Translations under genes and position numbers: made by a program
Notes under the pieces: model-generated
What the model was told of the DNA's origin: nothing
The model's database searches: none
The model's input: only the letters and a program-made list of their open reading frames with translations
Source of the DNA: Solirubrobacterales bacterium
GTDB lineage: Bacteria; Actinomycetota; Thermoleophilia; Solirubrobacterales; 70-9
Reading direction: 5' to 3'
NCBI GenBank assembly: GCA_036495785.1
Contig: DASXMH010000087.1
Coordinates: 176-64,175, forward strand
DNA: 64,000 bases
In this document: piece after piece, positions 42,760 to 53,847 of the stretch
How positions within the stretch are numbered: the first letter of the stretch is position 1
Layout of the letters: the number at the start of each line of letters is the position of its first letter

Positions 42760-43988
42760 CAGGCGGCCGCTCCCTCGGGCGAGCCCTGGATCTTGGCGAC
42801 GGCGCGTCCCGCCGCCTCCCACATCGAGACCGAGCGGTCGCAGTACTCCACCCCGTAGCGCTCGAGGATGCGGAAGCCCTCGTCCTCCCAGGCGCCGGGG
42901 ATGCGGAAGATCGCGATCGTCTCGCCGGGGTCCTTGCCGAGCTCGAGGCAGGCCTTGATCACGCCGCGGGCGACGATGTCGACGCGCGTGTTGGAGACGA
43001 TCGACATCATCACCGCGATCTTCTCGACGCCGTCCTTTTCGAGCACCTGCTTGGCGAGCCCGCAGGCCTTGGCGACCGACGGATTGCCGCCGATCTCCGA
43101 GTAGTTGGCCGGCTTGCCGCCCTGGTTGCGGACCGCGTCGGTGAGCGTCAGCGAGCCGCCCCCGGCGCCGATCACGAGGCCGAGGTTGCCGGTGAAGCCA
43201 TGGTCTTTGCCCTGGATCACGCCGCGGTGGTCGGCGGCGTCGATCGCGGCGACCGCCTCTTCGAACTTGGAGTGCTCATACGGCTCGCGGTCGTCGTCCT
43301 CGGCGATCTGAAGCTCGGTGCGCAGCAGCTTCTTCTGCCGGCCGACCGCCTCGTTCTCCATCTCCATGTGGGCATCGAGGGCGACGAAGCTGCCGTCGGT
43401 CAGCTCGGCCAGCGGGTTGATCTCGGCCAACGTCATGTCGTGCTCGCGGAAGAGGCGGGCCAGGCGGGCGAGGATCGGCGTCGCCCGGTTCAGCCGCGAG
43501 CCGGTCACCCCGGTCGCGGCGATCGTCTGCTTCGCCTCGAAGTCGGGGATCGGGAAGAGGTTCGACACGTGGCCGCGGCCGACGTGGTCGGGATGCGTGC
43601 GGGCGACCTCCTCGATGTCGATCCCGCCCATGTCCGAGAACAGCATCAGCGGTTTCTTCGCGGTGCCGTCCCAGACGACCCCCGCGTAGTACTCCTGCTT
43701 GACCTCGGCTTTCGGGTCGACGAGGACGCCGCGCGGCATGTGGCCGTTGATCTCCAGCCTGAGGATCGCCTCGGCGTGCTCGGCCGCCTCGTCCGGCGTG
43801 TCGGCGAATTTGACGCCGCCCGCCTTCATCCGCCCGCCGGTCAGCACCTGCGACTTGATCACGACCGGGCCGCCGATCTCCTCGGCCGCCGCGCGTGCCT
43901 CCTCCGGCGTCGTGCAGAAGCCGTACCTGGTGACGGGGATTCCCGCCAGCTCGACGATCTTGCGCGCCTCGAACTCGAAGAACCTCAT
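42759..43988 (-). CDS. sucC: succinate--CoA ligase beta subunit-like (ATP-grasp)
   Basis: MRFFEFEARKIVELAGIPV... and VVIKSQVLTGGRMKAGGVKF are present. An alternative GTG start is at 44000. Confidence 0.7.
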   Translation of the reverse strand: MRFFEFEARKIVELAGIPVTRYGFCTTPEEARAAAEEIGGPVVIKSQVLTGGRMKAGGVKFADTPDEAAEHAEAILRLEINGHMPRGVLVDPKAEVKQEYYAGVVWDGTAKKPLMLFSDMGGIDIEEVARTHPDHVGRGHVSNLFPIPDFEAKQTIAATGVTGSRLNRATPILARLARLFREHDMTLAEINPLAELTDGSFVALDAHMEMENEAVGRQKKLLRTELQIAEDDDREPYEHSKFEEAVAAIDAADHRGVIQGKDHGFTGNLGLVIGAGGGSLTLTDAVRNQGGKPANYSEIGGNPSVAKACGLAKQVLEKDGVEKIAVMMSIVSNTRVDIVARGVIKACLELGKDPGETIAIFRIPGAWEDEGFRILERYGVEYCDRSVSMWEAAGRAVAKIQGSPEGAAA

Positions 43989-44021
43989 CCGGCGGCGCAC
44001 CCTACACAGCTACACGGAACA

Positions 44022-44357
44022 ATGCGAGGAACTGTGCCTTTCTCCCGCGCCATCGCCGCCCTCGCCCTGCTCGGGGCGTTGGCCCTGCTCGCCGCCGGCT
44101 GCGGCGGCGGCACCGATGTCGACTACCAGAAGGCCTCGGAAACGGTCCGTGCCAGCCTCGAATCGAAGCGCGAAGGCTTCGGCACCAGGGTCGAAAACGT
44201 CGACTGCCCGAAGGACGTCAAGGTCGAACCGGGGACCGAGTTCGAATGCACGGTCCGCTACCCCGACGGCAAGGTCGCCTACGCGCTGCTGAAGATCCGC
44301 ACCAACGAAGCCGACCTCAACCTGGAAACGCTCTCGCCCCACCCGCTGCTGCGCTGA
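44022..44357 (+). CDS. DUF4333-like lipoprotein
   Basis: Lipobox LLAAGCGG, then VDCPKDVKVEPGTEFECTVRYPDGKVAYALLKI. Confidence 0.6.
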   Translation: MRGTVPFSRAIAALALLGALALLAAGCGGGTDVDYQKASETVRASLESKREGFGTRVENVDCPKDVKVEPGTEFECTVRYPDGKVAYALLKIRTNEADLNLETLSPHPLLR

Positions 44358-44598
44358 GCCGCGCAAGGGTGGCGGATTCCGCGACGTTGGTTAAAAACCA
44401 ATGTCCTCCAACCATCCGCTGCGGTTCATGCCATGATTCACCCCCCGACCGTCTGATCCTCCGCCTTGGTGGAGTGCGAGGTCGGGCCAGACCCGGACCC
44501 TGCCGGGAAAGCCATGCGATCCACAGCGCTGAAGATCCTGAAGAAGGGCGCCGACGCCATCGTCGTCGGCCGCAAAGCGACCAAATAGAGAGAGGCGA

Positions 44599-46416
44599 AT
44601 GAGCGACTCGACCACTGCCGCCCCCGCTGAGTTGACGATGAACCAGAAGCTGCTGGATTGGGTGGAGGAGATCGCCGCCCTGACCCAGCCCGACGCCGTC
44701 CAATGGTGTGACGGCTCCGCCGAGGAGTACGACCGGCTGGCCCAGGTCCTGATCGATGCAGGGACCTTCGAGCGCCTCTCCGACGCGAAGCGGCCGAACA
44801 GCTATCTCGCTCTCTCCGACCCCGACGACGTGGCCCGCGTCGAAGACCTCACCTTCATCTGCTCCGCCGAGGAGGAGGACGCTGGCCCGACCAACAACTG
44901 GCGCGAGCCGGCCGAGATGCGCGAGACGCTGAACGAACTCTTCAAGGGCAGCATGAAGGGCCGCACCATGTACGTGGTGCCGTTCTCGATGGGCCCGCTC
45001 GGCTCCGAGATCTCCGAAATCGGCGTGCAGCTGACCGACTCCGCCTACGTCGCGGTCTCGATGCGGATCATGACCCGGATGGGCAAGGCCGCCCTCGACC
45101 AGCTCGGCGACGCCGGCGAGTTCGTGCCCTGCGTCCACTCGGTCGGGATGCCGCTCGACGAGGGCGTCGAGGACGTCTCCTGGCCCCGCAACGAGGCCAA
45201 CAAGTACATCGTCCACTACCCCGAGGACCGCGAAATCTGGTCCTTCGGCTCGGGCTACGGCGGCAACGCGCTGCTCGGCAAGAAGTGCTTCGCGCTGCGG
45301 ATCGCCTCGGCGATGGCGCGCGACGAGGGCTGGCTCGCCGAGCACATGCTGATCCTCAAACTCACCTCGCCCGAGGGCGAGGTCAAGTACGTGACCGGCG
45401 CCTTCCCGTCGGCCTGTGGCACGACCAACCTGGCGATGCTGGTCCCGACCCTGCCCGACTGGAAGGTCGAGACGGTCGGCGACGACATCGCCTGGATGAA
45501 GATCGGCGAAGACGGCCGCCTCTACGCCGTCAACCCCGAGGCCGGCTTCTTCGGCGTCGCGCCGAACACGTCGCACAAGACGAACCCGAACGCGATGGAC
45601 ACGATCGAGCGGAACACCATCTTCACCAACTGCGCCAAGACCGACGACGGCGACATCTGGTGGGAGGGGATGACCGGCGAGCCGCCGGCGCACGCGATCG
45701 ACTGGCACGGCAACGAGTGGACGCCGGACTCCGACACGCCCGCCGCCCACCCGAACGCCCGCTTCACGACGCCCGCCGGACAGTGCCCGTCGATCGCTCC
45801 GGAGTGGGAGGACCCGGCCGGCGTGCCGATCGACGCCTTCCTCTTCGGTGGCCGCCGCGCCACCGCGGTGCCACTGGTCGGCGAAGCGTTCGACTGGGAG
45901 CACGCCGTATTCATGGGGGCGACGATGTCCTCGGAGAAGACCGCGGCGGCGGCCGGCAACGTCGGCGAACTGCGCTTCGACCCGATGGCGATGCTGCCCT
46001 TCTGCGGCTACAACATGGCCGACTACTTCGCCCACTGGCTGAAGATCGGCAAGACGGACGGCGTCAAGCTGCCGCGTGTCTTCTACGTCAACTGGTTCCG
46101 CAAAGACGCCGACGGCAAGTTCCTCTGGCCCGGCTTCGGCGAGAACAGCCGCGTGCTCGAGTGGGTCTTCCGCCGTTGCCAGGGCGAGGGCGAGGCGGTC
46201 GAGACGGCGATCGGCAACCTGCCGACCCCGGCCGACATCAACACCGACGGCCTCGACATCTCGGCCGAGGCGATGCAGGAGCTGCTCACCGTCGACGAGG
46301 ACCTCTACCGCGAGCAGCTCCCCCAGGTGAAGGAGCACCTCGCCAAATTCGGCGACAAGCTGCCTGCCGAGGTGAGCGCCCAGCTCGACGCGCTCGAAGC
46401 GCGCCTCGGAGCCTGA
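44599..46416 (+). CDS. pckG: phosphoenolpyruvate carboxykinase (GTP)
   Basis: Motifs include [44 protein letters not shown] and TNLAML. Confidence 0.9.
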   Translation: MSDSTTAAPAELTMNQKLLDWVEEIAALTQPDAVQWCDGSAEEYDRLAQVLIDAGTFERLSDAKRPNSYLALSDPDDVARVEDLTFICSAEEEDAGPTNNWREPAEMRETLNELFKGSMKGRTMYVVPFSMGPLGSEISEIGVQLTDSAYVAVSMRIMTRMGKAALDQLGDAGEFVPCVHSVGMPLDEGVEDVSWPRNEANKYIVHYPEDREIWSFGSGYGGNALLGKKCFALRIASAMARDEGWLAEHMLILKLTSPEGEVKYVTGAFPSACGTTNLAMLVPTLPDWKVETVGDDIAWMKIGEDGRLYAVNPEAGFFGVAPNTSHKTNPNAMDTIERNTIFTNCAKTDDGDIWWEGMTGEPPAHAIDWHGNEWTPDSDTPAAHPNARFTTPAGQCPSIAPEWEDPAGVPIDAFLFGGRRATAVPLVGEAFDWEHAVFMGATMSSEKTAAAAGNVGELRFDPMAMLPFCGYNMADYFAHWLKIGKTDGVKLPRVFYVNWFRKDADGKFLWPGFGENSRVLEWVFRRCQGEGEAVETAIGNLPTPADINTDGLDISAEAMQELLTVDEDLYREQLPQVKEHLAKFGDKLPAEVSAQLDALEARLGA

Positions 46417-46446
46417 GGCTTTCCGGTCCGACCCGCGGCTGAGGCC

Positions 46447-46473
46447 TCTTCGCTGCCTCAGCCGCCGGTCGTC
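46447..46473. terminator. hairpin between convergent pckG and the sigma-factor gene
   Basis: The sequence is ggctgaggc ctcttcgct gcctcagcc, a 9-bp perfect stem. Confidence 0.45.
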
Positions 46474-46505
46474 CGGCGCGGCTCCGTTGTCATCCTCGGC
46501 GGCCC

Positions 46506-47093
46506 TCAGGCAGCCGAGGCGACGACCGGAACCGCGCCGAGCTCGGTCAGCGCGCCGCGCAGGGCGCGGCGGCCACGGTGGTGGAGGCCGTGGATCGAGC
46601 TCTCGGTCTTGTCGAGCGTGCCCGCGATCTCGGTCGGTGAGAGGCCGACGATGTGGCGGAGCACGAGGACCTCACGCTGGTCCTCGGGCAGCGATTCCAG
46701 CGCGATTTTGATGTCGCGCCCCATCTCGCCGCCATCGTGGAGGGGCTCGGTGTCGGTGACGCGGACCTCCTCGGTGGGAATCGTCCGCTTGGCCCGAAGG
46801 TAGTCGAGGGAAGCGTTGCGCGCCACCCGCAGGATCCAGGCGACGAAGGGGACGCTCCGTTCTTCGTATTTGGTGATCGCGGTCATCAGCTTCGCGAAAA
46901 CGTTGTGGGTGATGTCCTCGGCCTCGTACTGATCCTTGACGAAGGTGGCCACATACCTGCGCACGTCATCGGCGTAGCGGACGTACAGGTAGTGGATGCC
47001 GTCAGGGTCACCGGCCTTGGCCTTGGCGACAGCCAGCTGAGTAAGGCGGCTGTCGCCCGAGACACTGCTTGCGCCGTTGAGCGGCGTACTCAT
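46506..47093 (-). CDS. ECF-type sigma-70 family RNA polymerase sigma factor
   Basis: ATG 47093 lies behind gcaggag. Region 2 reads LYVRYADDVRRYVATFVKDQYEAEDITHNVF. Region 4 reads LPEDQREVLVLRHIVGLSPTEIAGTLDKTESSIHGLHHRGRRAL. Confidence 0.85.
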   Translation of the reverse strand: MSTPLNGASSVSGDSRLTQLAVAKAKAGDPDGIHYLYVRYADDVRRYVATFVKDQYEAEDITHNVFAKLMTAITKYEERSVPFVAWILRVARNASLDYLRAKRTIPTEEVRVTDTEPLHDGGEMGRDIKIALESLPEDQREVLVLRHIVGLSPTEIAGTLDKTESSIHGLHHRGRRALRGALTELGAVPVVASAA

Positions 47094-47388
47094 GGTTTTC
47101 TCCTGCATGCTCACCGCATGCGGATACTGGGGGTTTGCACTTCCAATTGCCCGAGAACCTGGAAGGGAGCCCGTGGCGCCGACGTCCGAACCGGCGTCGA
47201 TGGCGAAGAGAATGAGTCCGTTTGTCCTACTTGTCAATGCGGAATATTCGTCCAACGCCCCTGCGCAGGGGCGGATCTGATGCCGCAATAAGGAACCCTC
47301 ATATAGGGCTAGAATGCTTCTAGGTTGAATTAAGTAGGTGTTCGCAGCGAGGGCGTGAAAAAGCCGATGGACGGGGAGTTGGTTGGGC

Positions 47389-47736
47389 ATGCAGGTCGGA
47401 CTTGGCCCATTCGTGCGGCAAGGAATTGAAGACCGTCTCGGGCCCGATCTACCGGCCGGGGTGGAGATCGCGCTGCTCTTCTACGTCGGCAAATTGAACT
47501 CCGGACGGGGTGCCCCTAGCTACCCATCTTTCCTGCAAAACGCGGGATTCGAAGATCCGGTCGCGGAGGTCGAGCTGAACGTCGGGCCGGAGGTCGAGGC
47601 GATGCTCTCGGGCGAGGCGGAGCGGCAGCACACCACCGTCGACCGCCTTGCCGCGCACTCCGTCTTCCTCTACCTCGCCGAGCTCGATCGGCTCGAGGCG
47701 GAAGCCGCCGCCAAGCACGGCGCGGCGACCAGCTAG
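47389..47736 (+). CDS. hypothetical protein, divergent from the sigma-factor gene
   Basis: About 115-aa ORF with no recognised motif. An alternative TTG start is at 47383. Confidence 0.4.
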   Translation: MQVGLGPFVRQGIEDRLGPDLPAGVEIALLFYVGKLNSGRGAPSYPSFLQNAGFEDPVAEVELNVGPEVEAMLSGEAERQHTTVDRLAAHSVFLYLAELDRLEAEAAAKHGAATS

Positions 47737-47913
47737 CGCGAAATCAGCGCGAAATCGGCTCTCACCACTAGCGGGTAATTCGGGGCCCGTTGTGCTGTAT
47801 GTCATCCATTGGTGACGGATTCGACTCGACTTTGGGCGAATCGCCTCTTCCTCCGAATCTCATCCGCCGGGACCGCGAAAGAACCGCCCCCGAGGTTTAC
47901 GTTGGTTTCTCGG

Positions 47914-50900
47914 ATGGGTTCCCTGCCACCAACCCCCCTTTCGCGTCGCGATGCTCGGCTGCGGTCGCTGCCGGGCCTCACGGCCGTTGCCGCGCTCGCG
48001 GTCGTCGCGATCCTGCTGGTGCACTTCAGTGGGTCGGCCGCCGCGGCCGAAGCGAACCCCTGCGCAGCACCGGTGACCAACCCGATCGCCTGCGAGAACT
48101 CAAAAGAAGGTGACCCGCCGGGCGATTGGGAAATCAAAGGCATCGGCGACGAAAGCATCCAGGGCTTCGCCACCGCGGTCAGCGTCAACCCCGGTGAAAC
48201 CGAGTCCTTCAAGATCAAGACCAACGCGAGCAAATACAACATCCGGATCCTGCGCCTCGGCTACTACGAAGGCGACGGCGCGCGGGTGATCGAACCGGCC
48301 TTCAAACCGAGCGCGAAACTGCCGCAGACCCAGCCCGAATGCATGCACGAAAAAGCGACCGGGCTGATCGACTGCGGCAACTGGGCTGTCTCAGCGTCCT
48401 GGAAAGTGCCCAGCGAAGCCGTCTCCGGTCTTTATATGGCGGAGCTCGAACGCGAAGACACCGGTGGCGAGTCGCAGATCTTCTTCGTGGTCAAAAACGA
48501 AGCAAGTCACGCGCCGATCGTGCTGAAGACCTCCGATGCGACCTGGCAGGCCTATAACGCCTACGGCGGCAACAGCCTCTACTCCTGCACGGTCGAATGT
48601 CCGGAAGGGAAACCGGAAGCGTATAAGGCCGCCTACGCCGTCTCCTACAACCGGCCCTTCGACGGCACCCTCGAAACGGACGCCGGCCAGTCGGACCCGT
48701 TCTACGCCGAATACCAGATGATGCGCTTCCTGGAAAAGCAGGGCTACAACATGACTTACCTGGCCCAGCCCGACATCCAGGCGCATCCGGAACTGCTGAA
48801 AAACCACAAAGTCTTCATCTCCAGCGGCCACGACGAGTACTGGTCGGCCGGCGAACGCGAAGCGGTCGAAGCGGCGCGCGAAGCCGGGGTCAACCTCGCT
48901 TTCTTCAGCGGCAACGAGGTCTTCTGGAAGACGCGCTACGGGCCCAGCATCGACGGCTCGGGCACCCAGAACCGGACGCTGATCACCTACAAGGAGACGC
49001 ACTTCAACGAACCCGTCGACCCGCAGGAGCCGAAAGTCGCGACCTCGAGCTGGAGCGATCCGCGCTTCAAGTCCGGCGGGGCGGGCAAACCGGCCAACAG
49101 CCTCACCGGCCAGTACTTCACCGTCAACTCCGGCAGCGCCGATATCAAGGTGCCCGGCACCTTCGCCAAACTGCGCTTCTGGCGGAACACCGCCGTCAGC
49201 CAGCTGAAATCGACGGAAACGCTGACCCTCAGCCCGGGCACCGAAACGCTCGGCTATGAGTGGGACAGCGACGTCGACAACGGCTTCCGGCCGACGGGGC
49301 GCATCTCGCTCTCCTCGACCACCGTCAACGGGCTGCAGACCTTCACCGACTACGGCACCACGGTCGAAGACGAAACGCTCGCCACCCACAGCCTCTCGCT
49401 GTACCGGGCGCCGAGCGGGGCCCTGGTGTTCGGGGCCGGGACCGTCGAGTGGTCCTGGGGCCTCGACAACACCAACGCCTGGAACGTCTACACGACCGAT
49501 CCGTCCGAAAACCCGCCCGACCCGACGATGGAGCAGGCGACGGTCAACCTGCTCGCCGACATGGGGGCCCAGCCCTCGACCCTGCAGGGTGGCCTCGTGC
49601 AGCAGACGGCATCGGCCGACATCACGCCGCCGACCGCGACGATCACCTCGCCGACCGCGGGCAAAACCGTGAACGGCGGCGAAATGATCACGGTCTCCGG
49701 GACGGCCGCCGACGTCGGCGGCGTCGTCGCCGGGGTCGAAGTTTCCACCGACGGCGGCAAAACCTGGCACCCGGCCACGGGCACCACCTCGTGGACCTTC
49801 AGCTGGAACGTCGACGGGGCGAACTCGGCGACGATCAAGGCGCGGGCGATCGACGATTCAGCCAACATCGGCGCGCCGACCGCCGGGGTGACGGTGGCGA
49901 TCAACTGCCCCTGCTCGATGCTCGGCTCGTTGACGCCTGCGGTCCCCGATGCGGGGGACGGCGGCTCGATCAACGTCGGCGTCAAATTCCAGAGCGAAGT
50001 CGCCGGCGTGGTCAACGGGATCCGCTTCTTCAAATCGGCGGCCAACACCGGAACCCACGTCGGCAGCCTCTGGAGCGCGAGCGGCGAACTGCTCGCCCAG
50101 GCGACCTTCAGCGGCGAAAGCTCTTCCGGTTGGCAGCAGGTGACCTTCTCGACGCCGGTGAAAATCCAGGCGAACACGACCTACGTGGCGAGCTACTTCG
50201 CGCCGAAAGGCCACTACGCCGACACGGCCTGGCAGCTGAACGAACCACCGGCCAACGGGGGGACGATCCTCAACCACCCGCCGATGCACATTCTCGTCGA
50301 TACCGAAGGCGGTGACGGCGTCTACGCGTATGCCGCCGCGTCCGCGTTCCCGAGCAAAAGCTTCCACGCCGATAACTACTGGGTCGACGTGCTCTACACG
50401 CCGAGCACGCCGCCGCTGCCACCCGGCCAGGCGAGCGGCCTGAGCGCGACGGCGGGTCACGGCCAGGCGACCGTCAAATGGACCGCGCCGACCAGCGGCG
50501 GCGCCCCCACGAGCTACCGGATCACTCCCTACATCGGCAGCACCGCGCAGACCCCGGTGACCGCGGCGGCGAGCGAAACGAGCAAGACGATCAGCGGTCT
50601 CACCGCCGGCACCCCCTACACCTTCACGGTGACCGCGGTGAACGAAGGCGGCAGCGGCCCCGAGTCGGCGAAATCGAACGCGGTGACGCCGACCGCGATC
50701 ACCGCCCCGGGAGCGCCGACCGGCGTCAGCGCGACCGCCGGTGGCGCCTCGGCGACCGTCAACTGGACCGCGCCCGCCGACAACGGCGGCAGCCCGATCA
50801 CCGGTTACAAGGTGACGCCGTACCTGGCGGGCAGCGCGAAAACGCCGGTCAACGTCGAAGCCGGCGCGACCTCGGCGACGATCGGCGGTCTCACCGCCGG

Positions 50901-53847
50901 CTCGAGCTACACCTTCACGGTGATCGCGGTCAACGCGATCGGCCAGAGCGTCGAGTCCTCGCCCTCCAACGCGGTGATCCCGAAAGCGGCCACCGCACCG
51001 GGCGCGCCGACCGCGGTCAATGCGACCGCGAAGAGCTCCGGCGCCGTCGTCACCTGGACCGCTCCGACCGAAAACGGTGGCAGCACGATCTCGGGCTACA
51101 GGATCACGCCCTACCTCGGAAGTGTCGCGCAGACCCCGACGGCCACGACGAATACGGCGACGACCAGCGCCACGATCGGCGGGCTCACCAACGGCAGCTC
51201 CTACACCTTCAAGGTGGCGGCGATCAACGGCGTCGGCACCGGGGCCGAATCGGCGGCCTCCGCCGCGGTCACTCCGTACGACACGATCTTCGACCTGGCG
51301 ACGCCGGGCACCGTCGACTCCGGTGATGGCGGCGCGGTCAACGTCGGCGTCAAGTTCCGCAGCGACGTTCCGGGCCAGGTCACCGGCATCCGCTTCTACA
51401 AAGCGGCCGCCAACACCGGCACTCACGTCGGCACACTGTGGAGCGCCACCGGCACGCCGCTCGCCCAGGTGACCTTCACCAGCGAAACCGAAACGGGCTG
51501 GCAGCAGGCGAGCTTCTCGACGCCGGTCCAGATCCAGCCGAACACCACCTACGTGGCCAGCTACCTGGCGCCGAAAGGCCACTACTCGGCGAACGGCCCC
51601 AGCCTGCTCACCTCGATCGACAACGCGCCCCTGCACGCCGAAGGTGGCACCGGGAGCGGCGGCGTCTACGCCTATGGCTCGGGCACCAACTTCCCGACCT
51701 CCACCTTCCAGTCCTCCAACTACTGGGTCGACGTGCTGTTCGTGCCGGAAGCGCCGGCGACCCCGCCCTCGGCGCCGACCGGCGTGAGCGCGACGGCCGG
51801 GGCGGTTTCCGCGAGCGTCAGCTGGACCGCGCCGAGCGAAAACGGCCGCGCCGCGATCACCGGGTACAAGGTGACGCCGTACCTGGCGGGCAGCGCGCAG
51901 ACGCCGGTCAACGTCGAAGGGGGCGCCACCTCGACCACGGTCAACGGCCTCACCGCCGGCTCGAGCTACACCTTCACCGTGATCGCGGTCAACCCCGTCG
52001 GTCCGAGTCCGGAGTCCTCGCCCTCGAACGCGGTGACGCCGGTGCCGCTCAGCGCGCCGTCCGCGCCCACGGGGGTCAACGCGACCGCCAAGAGCTCGGG
52101 CGTGGGCCTCAACTGGACCGCCCCCAGCAACAACGGCGGCAAGCCGATCACCGGCTACAAGATCACGCCCTACCTCGAAGGGGCCGCGCAGACGCCGACG
52201 ACGACCAACTCGGTTGCCACGAGCGGCACGGTCAGCGGCCTCACCAACAACCGGTCCTACACCTTCAAGGTGGCGGCGATCAACGAAATCGGCACCGGCC
52301 CCGAATCCGAAGCCTCCGCTGCGGTGACGCCCGAGGACACGATCTTCGACCTGGCGACGCCGGGCACGCTCGACTCCGCCGAGACCCACGCGGTCAACGT
52401 CGGAGTCAAGTTCCGCAGCGACGTTCCCGGCGAAGTCACCGGCATCCGCTTCTACAAGGCCGCCACCAACACCGGCACCCACATCGGCAGTCTCTGGACC
52501 GCGGGCGGCGAACTGATCTCGCAGGCGACGTTCAGCAATGAGACCGCCTCCGGCTGGCAGCAGGTGAGCTTTGCGACGCCGGTGAAAATCCAGCCGAACA
52601 CGACTTACGTGGCCAGCTACCTGGCGCCTGCGGGCCACTACTCGGCGAACGGGCCGAGCCTGGCCTCCGCCGTCGACAACGCGCCGCTGCACGCCGAAGC
52701 GAGCGGTGGGGTCTACACCTACGGCCAGACCCTGAAATTCCCGACCACCACCTTCGAATCCTCGAACTACTGGGTCGACGTCCTCTTCAACCCCGAATTG
52801 GCACCGGGCACGCCCGCCGCTCCGATCGCGACCGCCGGCTTCGGCGGGGCCACGGTCAACTGGGCGACGCCGGCGACCGGCGGCCCGCCGAAGAGCTACG
52901 TGGTGACGCCTTACATCGGCTCGACCGCGCAGACCCCGAAGACGATCACCGGCACGCCATTGGGGACCTCGACGAACTTCAGCGGTCTCACGCCCGGAAC
53001 CGCCTACAGCTTCACCGTCAAGGCGACCAACGAAGCCGGCACCAGCTCAGAGTCTTCGCCGTCCAACACGGTGACGGTGCAAGGCGGGTCGGTGCCGAGC
53101 GCGCCGACCACCGTCACCGCCTCGCCGCGGAACGGCAGCGCGGTCGTCAGCTGGGGTCCGCCGAATGAAGACGGCGGCACCCCGATCACCGGCTACAAAG
53201 TGACGCCGTACCTCGGCTCCGAAGCGCTGGCTTCGACCAGCGTCGGTGGTGAAGTCAACTCGACGACGATCGGCTCGCTGACCAACGGCACCAGCTACAC
53301 CTTCAGGGTGAGCGCCTCCAACGCGAACGGCGCGGGTGCGGAATCGGCGGCCTCCGCGGCGATCTTCCCGCGAGTGACCCTCTTCGAACAGACGGCGCCG
53401 ACCACGGCCGAAGCCACCGACGCGGCCTCCGTGATGCTCGGCATCAAGTTCGGCAGCACGGTGGCCGGCAAAGTTTGGGGCGTCCGCTTCTACAAGGCGC
53501 CGGGCAACACCGGCACCCACGTGGTCGGGCTGTGGACCTCCTCCGGCACGCTCCTGGCGCAGGCGACCGCGGCGAACGAGACCGCCTCCGGTTGGCAAGA
53601 AGTGCTGTTCGCGTCGCCGGTCAGCATCGCCGCCAACACCATGTACGTGGCGGCCTACCTGGCTCCGAAAGGCCATTACTCGACGACGCCGCAAGGTTTC
53701 GCCACCGCGATCAACAGCACGCCGCTGGTCGGCCTGGCCAACGGCACCAGCGCCAACGGCCTCTACTCCTACAAGACCACGTTGACCTTCCCGACCAGCT
53801 CCTTCAACGCGACCAACTACTGGGTCGACGTCATCTACTCGCCATGA
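47914..53847 (+). CDS. giant secreted protein: N,N-dimethylformamidase-beta-like domain, Ig-like domain, then 4 DUF4082 modules interleaved with 7 fibronectin type III repeats
   Basis: The signal/TM segment is LPGLTAVAALAVVAILLV. SDATWQAYNAYGGNSLY and GHDEYWS...NLAFFSGNEVFWKTRY are DMFase-beta-like. Four modules follow the pattern NVGVKF.S.V.G.V.GIRFYK...NTGTH.G.LW...SGWQ...NTTYVASY.AP.GHY...NYWVDV. The FN3 units have WTAP...GG.PITGYK.TPY...YTF.V.A.N. Confidence 0.85.
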   Translation: MGSLPPTPLSRRDARLRSLPGLTAVAALAVVAILLVHFSGSAAAAEANPCAAPVTNPIACENSKEGDPPGDWEIKGIGDESIQGFATAVSVNPGETESFKIKTNASKYNIRILRLGYYEGDGARVIEPAFKPSAKLPQTQPECMHEKATGLIDCGNWAVSASWKVPSEAVSGLYMAELEREDTGGESQIFFVVKNEASHAPIVLKTSDATWQAYNAYGGNSLYSCTVECPEGKPEAYKAAYAVSYNRPFDGTLETDAGQSDPFYAEYQMMRFLEKQGYNMTYLAQPDIQAHPELLKNHKVFISSGHDEYWSAGEREAVEAAREAGVNLAFFSGNEVFWKTRYGPSIDGSGTQNRTLITYKETHFNEPVDPQEPKVATSSWSDPRFKSGGAGKPANSLTGQYFTVNSGSADIKVPGTFAKLRFWRNTAVSQLKSTETLTLSPGTETLGYEWDSDVDNGFRPTGRISLSSTTVNGLQTFTDYGTTVEDETLATHSLSLYRAPSGALVFGAGTVEWSWGLDNTNAWNVYTTDPSENPPDPTMEQATVNLLADMGAQPSTLQGGLVQQTASADITPPTATITSPTAGKTVNGGEMITVSGTAADVGGVVAGVEVSTDGGKTWHPATGTTSWTFSWNVDGANSATIKARAIDDSANIGAPTAGVTVAINCPCSMLGSLTPAVPDAGDGGSINVGVKFQSEVAGVVNGIRFFKSAANTGTHVGSLWSASGELLAQATFSGESSSGWQQVTFSTPVKIQANTTYVASYFAPKGHYADTAWQLNEPPANGGTILNHPPMHILVDTEGGDGVYAYAAASAFPSKSFHADNYWVDVLYTPSTPPLPPGQASGLSATAGHGQATVKWTAPTSGGAPTSYRITPYIGSTAQTPVTAAASETSKTISGLTAGTPYTFTVTAVNEGGSGPESAKSNAVTPTAITAPGAPTGVSATAGGASATVNWTAPADNGGSPITGYKVTPYLAGSAKTPVNVEAGATSATIGGLTAGSSYTFTVIAVNAIGQSVESSPSNAVIPKAATAPGAPTAVNATAKSSGAVVTWTAPTENGGSTISGYRITPYLGSVAQTPTATTNTATTSATIGGLTNGSSYTFKVAAINGVGTGAESAASAAVTPYDTIFDLATPGTVDSGDGGAVNVGVKFRSDVPGQVTGIRFYKAAANTGTHVGTLWSATGTPLAQVTFTSETETGWQQASFSTPVQIQPNTTYVASYLAPKGHYSANGPSLLTSIDNAPLHAEGGTGSGGVYAYGSGTNFPTSTFQSSNYWVDVLFVPEAPATPPSAPTGVSATAGAVSASVSWTAPSENGRAAITGYKVTPYLAGSAQTPVNVEGGATSTTVNGLTAGSSYTFTVIAVNPVGPSPESSPSNAVTPVPLSAPSAPTGVNATAKSSGVGLNWTAPSNNGGKPITGYKITPYLEGAAQTPTTTNSVATSGTVSGLTNNRSYTFKVAAINEIGTGPESEASAAVTPEDTIFDLATPGTLDSAETHAVNVGVKFRSDVPGEVTGIRFYKAATNTGTHIGSLWTAGGELISQATFSNETASGWQQVSFATPVKIQPNTTYVASYLAPAGHYSANGPSLASAVDNAPLHAEASGGVYTYGQTLKFPTTTFESSNYWVDVLFNPELAPGTPAAPIATAGFGGATVNWATPATGGPPKSYVVTPYIGSTAQTPKTITGTPLGTSTNFSGLTPGTAYSFTVKATNEAGTSSESSPSNTVTVQGGSVPSAPTTVTASPRNGSAVVSWGPPNEDGGTPITGYKVTPYLGSEALASTSVGGEVNSTTIGSLTNGTSYTFRVSASNANGAGAESAASAAIFPRVTLFEQTAPTTAEATDAASVMLGIKFGSTVAGKVWGVRFYKAPGNTGTHVVGLWTSSGTLLAQATAANETASGWQEVLFASPVSIAANTMYVAAYLAPKGHYSTTPQGFATAINSTPLVGLANGTSANGLYSYKTTLTFPTSSFNATNYWVDVIYSP

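Noticed and set aside
44514-44588. 24-codon ORF ([24 protein letters not shown]) ending 10 nt before the pckG start; possible leader peptide.
   Set aside because: It is too short to evaluate. There is no attenuator-type alternative pairing apart from a short gccgacg/cgtcggc stem, and PEPCK leader peptides are not an established mechanism. It would need Ribo-seq or conservation evidence.
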